A stretch of DNA of 64,000 bases from Proteromonas lacertae (Eukaryota), in assembly GCA_002245135.1 (NCBI GenBank), contig NGBS01000007.1, positions 124,001 to 188,000 of the forward strand, written 5' to 3'. The notes below the pieces were generated by a model. The model searched no databases. It saw nothing but the letters and a program-made list of their open reading frames with translations, and had not been told where the DNA came from. The first letter of the stretch is position 1, and the number at the start of each line of letters is the position of its first letter. Made by a program: the position numbers and the translations under genes. Below, piece by piece: positions 27,835 to 40,951 of this stretch.

Positions 27835-29045
27835 TTATTTACTTTTACCAAAGTCAACAATTATTGGTTTTCCTAGTAATATATATCCTCTACTCAATTC
27901 TAATGCGTCTTTTGCAGTTTCTATTGAGTCAAATGTAATAAACGCTTGATTTCTCAATTTACCTTTCTGAAACAGTATATACTCAATAGGGTGGTTTATA
28001 TCTTTTTGAAAGCGGTTATATATAGATATTAAGTTATCTGTTGTCACAGTTTTACTTAATCTTGTCAAATGAAGAATATTGGAAGGAGGTGATAATTGTT
28101 GTTTATATATTTTATTATCTAATGATTTCTGCTTTATTATTTCATCACTTGTAATTTCACTGATTTTGTTATTATTAACAATTACTTTACCACTTAAATT
28201 GAAATTTAACATTTTTTTATTTTCATTTTCATCTTTATCTTTCTTTTCTTTTTTATCTATTTCATCGATTTCCATATCATTACTATTATCAATTTTTATT
28301 TTTTTCTTCATCTCATATTCCAACATTTCATTTACTGCATTAAAATTAGGCGAAGGAGCTTCTAATTTCAACAATCCATACATCTTTGTCAATGAATTTG
28401 GATCTTCATTCACATTTTCCAATACATCTTTTGCTATTAATTGTTCTACTTTATTCCTTCCCCATAGTATACTTGCTTCTGCTTCTAGTTTCATTGCTTC
28501 TATTCCACTTATACGTCTTTCTAATAAATAAAAATGATTATTATACTTTTTCTTATTTCATTTTGTTCTTCTTCATATTGTAATTGTCTTTTTTCTCTTT
28601 CTTCTTCTATTTTATATATTAATATAATAATAATAATAATAATAATAATACGTTCATAATATTGTTTTATCATATCTGGATCAGCATTTTTACTAAAAAA
28701 TGGTTTGAATTTGTAATTGTTTTCTTTTTCTTTGTCATTTACTTCTACTTCTGATTGATTTTCTTCTACTTCAACACTTTCTATCTTTCTGAAACGAGGA
28801 ACATCGTAACCTCCATTTCTTGAAATAGCTTCTTGCTGTTTCTCAAACAACAATTCAACTCTTTCTTCAGCAATACTTTTTTTCTTTTGCCCAGGCACAT
28901 ATACATTATAATTTACGTACTTTATATTTGATCTTCCCACTCTTACAACATCACGTGTCCTATATCTTCTTGGATCGCCCACAGTAACTCCAGTCTCAGT
29001 GCACGATGTTCCAATCTGTCCTGATCCCAACCCAAAATTAGGCAT
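27835..29045 (-). CDS. RBM41/RNPC3(U11/U12-65K)-like RRM protein (multi-exon)
   Basis: C-terminal RRM PSNILHL...KGKLRNQAFITF...GYILLGKPIIVDFGK matches the RNPC3/RBM41 RRM. Confidence 0.7.
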
Positions 29046-29247
29046 AGATAATTTTATGTGAAATTGAAAGTTTTATAACTCAGAACAATTTCTAAAGTTT
29101 CAAGCTTTTCTCAAGTTTTCTTTTGAGAATATTTGCAGCACAAACGATTTTTATAGTTTATATATCGATTTTTGAAAGAAAATATTTGTTTCTCTACTAT
29201 TACAACATAAAATAATGATTTCATTTATTAATCTTTATATTATATAT

Positions 29248-30547
29248 TTATTCACAACCACTCAGACAATTGAAATTCTTTAATGATGTGAAAACCGATC
29301 CACCTATCATAGCCAAAATGCCAAAGGCCATTAGAATAATTGATCCATAATAATGACAATTCTTTGGCTCACCTTTATGTAGCATTAGATATAACAATCC
29401 TGGGAATGTAAAAACAATATTACTTCCAAAAATAGCACCATTATAACTAATTACTGTTTCTACGTGAGTAAAATACAATCCAAGAATACATAACAATCCT
29501 AATAAAGCAAAAGAGTATAAAATTCTAATAAATGGTGTATCATCTTTATTAGGAAATATTAATTTATGAATTGATGTTCTTAAATTATGAAACACTAATG
29601 GATAATGAAACACCAATGTGAATGTAAATCCAGCTTTAGCAATCATTGCTACTACATCGCTAGGACTGTAATTGTTCAATATATTTCCACTTGTTTCACT
29701 ACCAAAGTTAAAATAACCAGCTACAGCTGCTGAACAATAACAGAAGAAACAAATTCCTAACCCTGAGATTGTTGCTATTTTAAATTCATTGATATTTCTT
29801 TTCTTTAATTCCTGATAATACCTAGGACCATTATAATGAGCTGTAAATGCAACACAGGATGCTGGAATTGATAGAACTATACAATCAGTGAATTTAAATA
29901 AGTGTGTCGTGTCTGATATGATGTAAAAGAAGTTATCTCGATATATAATGACAAATGTTGTGTAGATAATTAGTAATACACCTACAAAACTAGTGAATTT
30001 TAGTGCATCTAAATTCTTTAGCAGTGTTAGTGGGAATATAACCAGAATAACTACTAATGACACTAATAATGTTCTATCAGTTAGAATTGTTGGAGCATGA
30101 ATAGTTTCTAAGACTGAAGGTAAAAAATCACCTAGCATAACTATGTAGGATGTACATGCACCAAATGTATAACAAACACATACTGCTTGAAGTAGAATTC
30201 CGAACTTATTTCCCAATGCAACCTAAAACATAATAAATTATAGTATATACTTTGCCCATATCTCTATAAACAAACAAACCAGTTTTTTCACAACAATAAG
30301 CCAAAATAATGAAAGAATATGAACTTAGAACAGCGATCAACAACATCAAAATTGCTCCTGGAAAAACTGATGAATGTTTGAAAGCCCATGGCAAAGATAG
30401 GAATCCAGCACCAAGTACATTGTTTGCGATATTGAAGATAGAACCAAAAAGCGTTGCTTTACCGGTAGACTTCTCTGGATTCTCTATTAGTTGATTTACT
30501 TCTGGTTCTGCAACTGCTACTTCTGCTGATAATAGAGGTTTTTGCAT
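29248..30547 (-). CDS. Amino acid transporter, AAAP/SLC38 family (2 exons)
   Basis: FNIANNVLGAGFLSLPWAF, GYFNFG, GNILNNY and many TM segments. Confidence 0.9.
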
Positions 30548-30737
30548 TTTCAAATGATTTTTTTTGTGTTTTTTATTTAAACTCTCATATCTCATTCTCT
30601 AAGATGTTTTATGGTGATTATATAATACTAAGAGTCTTTATTGCTTCTGTGCGATAATTTAGAAGTATAATAATACCACAATTCCAATACATAATTCACA
30701 ATTTATAAAACGGCTTACATACATTAAAAATAATTAC

Positions 30738-32939
30738 TTAATCTTTCTTTAGAACAGCAAGAAAAGCTTCTTGAGGTAATTCAATATTACCAACCATCTT
30801 CATTCTTTTTTTTCCTCTTTTCTGTTTATTCAATAATTTTTGCTTTCTTGTTTGATCTCCTCCTCCCATCTATAGCAATAAAAATAATATATATACAGTC
30901 TTTCCAGCTTTTTCTAACACATTTTTTCTATATGGCGCTTTTCTTTGTTTTGCAAATACTTTATTACCTATTGCAGCTTGAATAATTACTTCAAATTGTT
31001 GTCTTTGAATAACTTTCTATTTATTAATAATAATAATATATACTCCTAATCTTTCTACAAGGTTTCTACCAATTCTATCAACTGATTCTTTAGCAGCAAC
31101 AAATGATAAAGCATCAATTGGCTCATGATTTAATAAAATATCAACTTTCTGAATATCAGCAACTTGTGGTTCAATTTCTTCATAATCAATTGTTGCCATT
31201 CCTGAACTTAACTTTATTATTTCATTATATAATCCATTTACCATCTCAGCCCAAGGTAAATGATATTGTAATGAGATTATTTCATTATCAATATATGTTA
31301 GATTCTATAAAATATAAATTATGAATAATATTACAATCAGCTTTGATCTTTTCTTTAACATCAACTGTTGAATTGATTTTAGCGAAGACAATGGAGTAAT
31401 AATATTAACATTTATCTATAATAATAAAAATAATATTTATCTATAATACAATTGGTTCAAAATATTTAATCACTTTAGTTTTATCTGGAAAATCACTTGC
31501 CTTTTCTAACGTAATTACTTTATGATTGGTTAATTCAGCTTTATATGGAATAGAAGGAGCTGTAATAATCACTTCAGTATCATATTCTTTCTCTAATCTC
31601 TCAAAGAATATTTCCATATGTAGAATCCCTAAAAAACCACATCTCAAGCCAGTTCCTAAAGCTGTACTTGTTTCTTTTTCAATACTTACACTTGCATCAT
31701 TCAATAACAATTTATTTACAGAATTATATAATTCTTCAAAATTATCCGAATCAACAGGATATACACTACTAAATACCATATGTTTGTGTTTTTTAAAACC
31801 AGGTAAAGGCTTAATATCAATAAGTGAAGCTGAATAAATTGTATCTGAAACTTTGAAAGAATGAATATCATAATTACGAGTTACTATATAACCAATCTAA
31901 TAAAAAATAAAGAATAATAAAATAATAATACATTTCCTGCAGATAATACATTCACTGATTTTCTAATAGGTAAACACAAACCTAAATCATTAACTTCATA
32001 TTCATTTTTTGTTGAATAATCTTTGATTCTATCTCCTTTATGTAAAGTTCCATCAATTATTTGAATTAAACAAATTACTCCTTGATAAGTATCATACCAA
32101 GAATCCAATATTCTTGCACGAAAATGATTATTCTTATTTCCTTCTTTAGGAGGAGATAATTGGTTAATTATTAGTGGAAAAATATCTTCACAACATTCTC
32201 CTGTCTTTGCAGACACCATTAATACATTATTTTCATTTAAATTGTCATTTTTTAGTAATAATTTTAATTGATTTATACATTTTTCTGGTTCTGATGCTAT
32301 TAAATCTAATTTTGTTAGAATTGGAATTATTCCTAAATGATGAGATTTTGCTAAACGATAATTTGCTATTGTTTGAGCTTGTACACCTTGTGTAGAATCA
32401 ACCAATAGTAATGCACCATTACATGCAATTATTGATCGACTAACTTCACTACTGAAATCAACATGTCCTGGTGTATCAATTAGATTTAATAAGAAGTTTT
32501 CTTTCTTTTCTTTGTCGTAGTATATCATTGATGCTGTTTGAGCTTTAACAGTAATACCTCTTTCTCTTTCAACCTATACTCATTATAAGAATATCTATAA
32601 ATACTTCAAGATCATCTAATAATTGAGTTGGTGCACCTTTTGCAACACATCCAGCTATTTCTAAAAGTCTATCAGCTAGTGTACTCTTTCCATGGTCTAC
32701 ATGTGCAATTATGCAGAAGTTCCTAATATTTTCAATTGGAATATCATTATATAGCTTTAATGTATTATATGCTCCTTCACCCATTTTTATATCAGAGAAA
32801 AAACGATAAATACTATAAATTTGAGTTTTTAAAATAATCTATACTTGTAATTAGCTATATTCTTACCACATACTAATGATTTTAGTCTTGTTGCATTTCT
32901 AAATATATTACTTAAAGAGAAATGAGAAAAAGAAAACAT
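30738..32939 (-). CDS. GUF1: Mitochondrial translation factor GUF1/LepA (EF4), multi-exon
   Basis: [50 protein letters not shown]; basic N-terminal presequence. Confidence 0.92.
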
Positions 32940-33027
32940 TACATGTAATTATGTCAGAATTACACATTATTGGTAAATTAAAAAAACACATTCAAATAAT
33001 AGTGATATAATAATAATAGTGTTAGCA

Positions 33028-35765
33028 TTATGATATAATAACTCCTGAAATTCTACTAATCGAAATGAAAGCAACTTTAAGCTAAAAAATATAACAATTA
33101 AAAATACATTTAACCTATCACCTACTTTTACCTTTTTCTTCATATTCTTAGATATGCTAATCAATCCGACAAAACCTTCATCATCTTCTACTATTGCATA
33201 ACCTTTTGCTACTTTTACAATTGTTCCATTTGTTCTTAATCCAATATCCTCTAAATGAATTGGAAATAATATAAAATATACGATATAATGGATGCTCTTT
33301 TCTATAGAATCTATTTCTAATCCTTTCACATTCCTCATTACTAAACATATCTTCACGAACATATTGTATTCTACCATATTCAATTCTAGTAATTTTTGCT
33401 TTGATGTAATTCCCTATTACTAATTCTTTCTTTATACTTTTTACATCAGGTTTATAAATAAACATATCTTTACCTAGATTTATATCTACAAATACTCCAA
33501 AATCTGTAATACTAGCTATTCTGCCTTCTACTGTTACTCCTTCTTCAATAATAGATGGAATAGCAGAAATTTTCATCTTCTTTATCACATCAGATTTGTT
33601 TCTTGGATCAATATTATCTGATGTAATATATTCATAAATATATTTTCTTTCTCCATCAAAATCATTTTCTTTGAATTTACTTTTCAACACTTCTCTCCAA
33701 TTATTTTGTTTGAAAATATTACTGTCAACCTAACAAAATTATAAATTAAAATATACTCCAATTGCTGATAACTTCTTTCTAATATAGTCATAATCCTTTG
33801 GATGAATAATTGTTGAATCAAGTGGTTCAACACTATCTTCAATACAAATAAAGCCAGCACACTGTTGATAAATTTTATTATTCATTCCTGGTATTTTATT
33901 TAAATTGTCTCTTTTGGTGATTCTATTTTTCTTTACATATTCATAACATTTCTTGGAAATATCTTTATTAAAACCAGAAATATGACTAAATAATTCAACA
34001 CTTCCATAGTTAATATCAATACCAACACAATTAACACATTCATCAATAACATTATTTAATGATTCAGTTAGAACAGTACCTTTTATTTCATACTGATATT
34101 GACCAACACCTAAAGATTGAGGAGGTATTTTCACATATTCACTGATAGGATTATACACTCTTTTAGCAATTGATAAAGCGCTAATAAACAAAGGATTAAC
34201 TCCTATATTACTATCTTTTGCTTCTTTTGTTGTTGAGTAAACTGAAGATCCACACTCATCAACTATAACATAGTCTAACTTGTTATTTGACTTTATTATA
34301 TCAACTACAATACTTTGTACTTCATAACTACCAGTTCCATTTCCAATTGCGATTAACTATTTAAATAATATTCTATAAATTATACAGTCACATTATATTT
34401 CTTAATGTAATTTTCAAGTTTCTTTTTAGGATCTTCTTCCTTTTTACCTTTTTCATTTTTTTTCATTGTTTTATTCTTTGACTTTTTGCTGTTGAGTAAT
34501 GTAAAATCTGGTTTTACCATAAACTTGAAATTGTCCTTCATTACTCCATGTTTATCGATAATAACACATTTACATCCATTCTTATAACCTGGGTCAATTC
34601 CTAATATTATTTCATCTTTTATAGGTGGTAAATAAAGTAATTCTTTCAAATGCTTCTTATAAACACTAATTGCTCTTTCTCTACACAAATTCTTATATTT
34701 TTTAAAACATCTTCTAAAACATGGAAATTTGATGAAATTAGCATATAAATAATTACATGAATCATTAATAAACTATCAAATAATAAAAAAAGATGATATA
34801 CAGTTTCAATTTCTTTATTATTGTTACTATTTCCAAAATACTTTTCTTTCAAATCTTTCTTTATTTCATTTGCTTTATCTTCTGATAAGAAGTATTCCAC
34901 AGAAATAGCTTTATCTTTTTGACCTCTCCATATTTTCAATAATTGATAACCATACCTGTTTACATTTCTCTTCGTTTTTATACTTTCTTAGAAGTACTTT
35001 TTTCTTTCTAAAATATTCTGTATATTTTTGTCCTTTTTCATAACTGTATCTAGCATTTTTTGTTATAACAGCTTCAATAGCCATATTATCTTCAACTATT
35101 TCATCATAATCTTCTAATGCATTATTTCTTTCCATTTCTTTATAAGCGTTATAAGCAGCTAAGATAGTTAATCCTTTATTCACGTTCTTATTTCTAATTC
35201 CATCTAGCATATCACCATATCTCTTTTCTACAATCATCTTCTTATAATTGTTGTAAGATCTATTCTTCTCATATTTGTTAACTTCCTTCATTTTAGCAGC
35301 TTCAACTATTTGCTTCAACGTCTAAACATAACATCATAAAAATACATTATACAATCTTATTATCACATTCTTTGATGCTTGCTTCAACCTCATCAGATAA
35401 TAAGTTTGAATTCCTTAATTCTATTATAAACTCTTCTTTCTTCACTTCAAGCTTTGCAAAAATGCTTGCATATAAGTATATACTAACTACATGTTCGTAT
35501 TCCAAATTTTCGATTCTATAAATAAATATGAATAATATACGTTTCTCGTCCGTATCTATCCAAGTATGATACACTATAGCCCTCTTTTCGCTGATATAAG
35601 ACTTTTATAATCTATAAATAACATAAAAATAATGAATTATTATACCAACTCAAGTTCTATAGTAACTCTTACATGTAATTGCTTTGCAACAAATTTTGCG
35701 CATGGTATTAACTCATCCCTCACCTCAGGAGTGATAGAATCCTCAGAATATATAGATTCACCCAT
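33028..35765 (-). CDS. Tex/SRBD1-like RNA-binding protein (YqgF-like, HhH and S1 domains), multi-exon
   Basis: LGIDPGYKNGCK, IAIGNGTG, EYVKIPPQSLGVGQYQ, EPLDSTIIHP, S1 GRIASITDFGVFVDI; start may be 35796. Confidence 0.85.
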
Positions 35766-35928
35766 TGAATGTCACACTTTTTACTGCTACTGACATTTAC
35801 TATATAAAGTATTTTAAATTAGCCTCGAGCATTTATTACAGGCTTGACATTTTTCAAACATACTCTTTTTACATTTTTCTTTCTTACCAAATAATTAATA
35901 ACAACAAAAAATTATGATATAACTATAT

Positions 35929-38900
35929 TTATTTTTTATCAAATGATTCTGTTATAGTTTTCTGTTTTTTAACTGATTTTGAATTATCTTCACTTTCTCT
36001 ATGTCTCTTTTTACTATCACCATTAACAACAATTACTTCATCATCATCATCACCTTCTTCTTCCATTTTATTATCTTTTTTCTGCTTCTTTATCTTAATT
36101 ACATCATTATATTCATCGTGTTTCTTACTCTTCTCTTTGTGTTTCATTACTACAATCTTTTCATCATCATCATTATTATCACTCTCAAAATCATTATTTT
36201 GTTGTATATGTGAGATTAAAACAGGTTGAATCAATTTTGTTGGAGATGATGTTGTTGATTTAAACAAAGAATCAATTTTCACTTCCTTCTTCTTTTCTTT
36301 TTCTTTTTCCTTGTCTTTATCTTTTTTACTCTCCTTTTTACTATCACTAGTATTCTTTTGTTTGTTTTTTTCAGTTGTTATTGTACTAGTTAAGAGTGAT
36401 TTAGGTTTTTTAGTGGTTTGTTTCTTCACTTTACTTACATCTATTTTATCATCAATTACATCATTATATAATGACTTATATTCATCTTTCATATGCCATC
36501 TAGTATGCTTTTCATCCTAATAAATCAATAAATAATAATAATATAAATAATTATACAGGATATTTTGTTTTAACACACAATATATTGATCAATTGAGATA
36601 ATAGTTTCTTTGTATATTTCTTTTCATATTTTTCATATAATTCATTCACTATATGTTCTAATCCTTTTGTCATTGATAATACAACTTTAGTTACAACAAA
36701 CTTTTGTATTTCTTCACTGAAATTTGATAATATTTCCTTAGCATCAATTGGTGGATGTGTTTTGGGTGGTTTTGCTTCACCATCTTTAGATTGGTTGTTG
36801 ATGTTGTTGTTGTATTCTCTCTTTTTCAGATTCTTTAATCACTTTTATTTTACTCTTTAAATCACTTATAGTTTTAGCTCTATTTGTTGCACTATCTAAA
36901 TCTTTAGAAATCATTTTCATTAATTTCTCACATCTCTTTTGAATTTCATTCTCAGTTAATGTCTTTATATACCAATCAAAACACAATAATGGACATCTTC
37001 TAACGGCTCTTTGTATTTTCCCCCAATTTCCATAACCATATCTTGTTACAAAACATAACAAATATTTATCTTCATCTTGAGTAAATGGAGTAAATGATTT
37101 AGTTGTTACTGGATTAGAGAGTGGTAAATGAATATATGGATTAGGATACTTTAAAATATATTCTTTGATATTCTTTCTCATTAAATTAATCTCTTCTCTC
37201 TTGGCTTCAGCTTGTTTGATTTTTCTCATTATTTTATCCCAATCTGGTAAATCAAATTGACCTCTTGCCCAAAATACTTTACTATATTCTTTAACATCAT
37301 CAACTGTGATATTACTATCTGATATATGTTGAGTAATTGATTCATAATCTGATTTATCACAAATACATAATGAATCAGTAAATGAATTGTATATTTTTCT
37401 ATTGAACTTTGGAAATCCTTGTTGTAATAACTTTTGTCTTTCTTCTTCTAAGTCTTTTGGTAATAACAATTCATCATTATCATACTTTGACATATCTGTT
37501 CCTTTTTTCACTTCTTCATCATAACTATAAATACAATTATAACAATAATATATATACATATTCTTTTGCATTTCATGTAGTTCTTCTAATCTTGTTTTAT
37601 TATAGAAATAATATGGTTCTAATCTTGGCAAATTCATCTGTTTTGGTAAACGAGGTTTCTTTGGTTTAGGTGCTTCTTTAATTGGCTGTTCATTGAAATA
37701 TTTCACTTGCTATATAAAAATAATAAATAGAAATAATAATTAATTACTTTTCTTTCTCTTTTATTAAATGCACTATCTTGTATAATATATTGTTCAACTT
37801 CTTCTACTACTTCTTTCTGTTTCTCTTTTACATCTTTATAATTCACACCTTCAAATACTCTCAAATTTGTATCACCAATTTTGAAATCTAATAGTTTAGC
37901 AACATCAGGTACTTGTTTCTCCACTTCTTCAATCATTTCTTTCGTCTTTTGTTTACCTTTTTCTAATATTGTATCAATATCTTCATCACTTATTGTCTTA
38001 CTATCAGAGTGGAATATTGATTTAGCATCAGACATGATCATATTTGCCATTTCAGCGGCTGATAGTGTTTTATTAGCGTCAGTTAATCTACCTTGTTGTA
38101 TAACAAATGTATCTAATCTCATCTTCATTTCTGCTCTTTCTACTATTCTCTTTTCTACAGAATCTTCAGTGATTAATCGATATATTTTAACAGGTTTCTT
38201 TTGACCTATTCTATGGGCTCGATCTTGGGCTTGAAGATCCATCTTAGGATTCCAATCTGAATCATAAAATATGACCGAATCAGCTGTAGCTAAGTTAATA
38301 CCTAGACCACCAGCTCTTGTAGATAATAAGAATATAAATATATCACTTCCATCTTCATTAAATCGATCAATCATATCATCTCTATCATCTCCAGATGTTT
38401 GACCATCTAATCTACAATAATTATATTTCCTAATAAAACAATAATCTTCCAAAATATCTAAAACTCTTGTCATTTGACAGAATAATAACACTCTTGAACC
38501 TTGACATTTTAATTTAGGTAGTAATTTATCTAATAATATTAACTTACCGCAATTCATGATTAAATGTTCTCCCATTGGATCTAAACTCATATCTTCAACA
38601 CCTTCAAATAGATAAGGATGATTACAGACTTTACGTAATTGAACTAACATGTTTAACAGATGACCTTTTTCTTTTGTAATTGATCTTAACTATAAAACAA
38701 TAATAATAATTATTATATATATATACAACATCAATATTTTTTGTCAAAATTGATCTATACAACTCTCTCTGCATATCACTCATTCCAACATATATATGAA
38801 CTTCCTCTTTTGGTGGTAAACTCTTTTCTACATCACTCTTTAATCTACGTAACATAAATGGTTTTAATATTTTATGTAATTGATTGATTATATTTTCTTT

Positions 38901-39219
38901 CACTTTAATATCATCAGTATCAACTAAATCGAATGTTTTATCAAAATCAGAACTGGATGTAAATACTTCAGGTAATAAAAAGTTCAATAATGACCATAAT
39001 TCATGTAAATTATTCTGTAATGGAGTTCCTGTTAATAATAATCGATATTCACTATCAAAACATCTCACTGCTTCTGATAATTGTGAATGTTCATTCTTTA
39101 TTCTATGAGCTTCATCTATTATTACATAACCCCAATTGAACTTCGTTAATAATGTTTTTTCCTTGTATGCCATTTCGAAGGTTGTTAAGCAAATATCCCA
39201 CATCCTATTATTTGGATTC

Positions 39220-39255
<36 letters not shown>

Positions 39256-40207
39256 CTGATAAATGCTCCTTTTTTATATTCTCTCTTTCTTCAGCATCTC
39301 CATGAAATTTCAGTGGTTTTAATAATGGACACCATCTCTTTATTTCATTAATCCAGTTACCCAACGTACTTTTTGGTACAATAATTAAATGTGGTCCTCT
39401 AATAGTTGAAATATATATATATATATATATATATACATTAATAGTTTCATTTGTTTCAAATATCCCAATAATGATATTGTTTGTAATGTTTTTCCTAAAC
39501 CCATTTCATCAGCTAATATTCCATTCATATAATTCTCATATAATGATAATAACCAATTTAAGCCATCTAATTGATAATTTCTCATTTTCCCTTCAATACA
39601 AGTTGGCTGCACTGTTAATACTGAAATAGAATTGTTCATATCTTTATCTAATCCATCTCTAAGTAGATTATCATCTTCATCACGTTCTGCTTTACTTTGA
39701 CGACGTCTATATTATAAGAATTGTTTTAAATACTTCTTTGGCAAGTCTTGCGGTAGATTTTGCTTTGATTTGTCGATAATGTTGTTAAATGCATCCGACT
39801 GTTGTAATAAATATTGAATTCTTTTTTGAGCTCGTTCAGCTATTGATCTTTGAAAGTCTATTTTCTTTTGTTTCTAATTTTACATAGTAATTTTCAAATA
39901 TACTATTTTATCTTTATCCACTTTGTTCTTTTTCTTACTTGGCTATTATATAAAGATAATGTGTTAATACCTTCTCACGAGGTGTTGTATTTGCACTTTC
40001 GCTATCAGTGTTTGGAGTATCAAGCTTAAATTCTTTTTCTAATTCTCTAATGTGTGTAGAATTATCAGTCTATTTAACCTAAATGCGTAAATTGATTATA
40101 CATTCAATAATGTCGCTCTTTTACTTGGGCTATCTCCTACTTCGACACCATTATCCTATTTTCAAATATTCTGGATATTTTAATACATCATTGTTCTCTT
40201 CTTCCAT
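35929..40207 (-). CDS. ISWI: ISWI/SNF2H chromatin-remodelling ATPase (multi-exon; apparent +1 shift near 36790)
   Basis: [48 protein letters not shown], followed by HAND-SANT-SLIDE-like region. Confidence 0.92.
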
Positions 40208-40232
40208 TCTAAAAAATAAAAATAAATTAAAA

Positions 40233-40242
40233 GGCGCGAAAA
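40233..40242. promoter_or_regulatory. E2F-like site (TTTTCGCGCC on - strand)
   Basis: GGCGCGAAAA about 26 nt upstream of the ISWI ATG (40207). Confidence 0.55.
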
Positions 40243-40355
40243 TGTCAAGTTAAAACTTGCTAAATTCAGTCATTTTATACTATTAATTTGAATGATTAAA
40301 ATAACCTCAAAAAACATCTTGAATACAGATTTAACTACGCAGATGATTAAATTTT

Positions 40356-40825
40356 TTATAATATTGGTGTTATTCTCAACATCATATTACCATGATTTGG
40401 AATATCCTTACCAGTGAAGCTTCCATAATAAGTGCCAAGTGATTTATGATTCCACAAATCATAAACTTCGGCAGTTGTTCCTTGAGTTAATCCAATCATA
40501 TTGAAGTTAAGTGTAATATCAGCTTTTTCATCACCTTCTCTGTTGAATAATATAACAGCTTTCTTATCGTTAACTAAATCACCAGACCATATTTCATACT
40601 TCTTACCATCAGTTCCATACACGATGACCTTGAATACCTAATGGATCTTGATTAACTTCGATTATCTCTTTATTTTGTAAGATTTCTACTGTAGCATTAT
40701 CCATATTTCTTACATCACATCCCAATTAATAATGGGAGATTTCATTAATGCCCATAAAGCAAAGTGAGTCTATTTAATTAAATAAAAAATAACTATATAT
40801 ATATACTCTATATTCAACATTAGTC
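40356..40825 (-). pseudogene. Inverted partial copy of the alpha-galactosidase 3' end
   Basis: Near-identical to ~46259-46722, including the last intron; has small insertions and no 5' half. Confidence 0.85.
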
Positions 40826-40951
40826 TCGAATTGATGTTATTCTAGCTTTTCATTTGAAATATTAAAAAAAAAAGTATTATTTCTTTGTATTCAATAAAAG
40901 AAATTATATAAAAAAATATATATTTATATAATATTAATTTCTTTATTTGTT

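Noticed and set aside
34956..34983. Apparent frameshift in the Tex gene
   Set aside because: Explained by a 28-nt GTAT..CAG intron on the - strand
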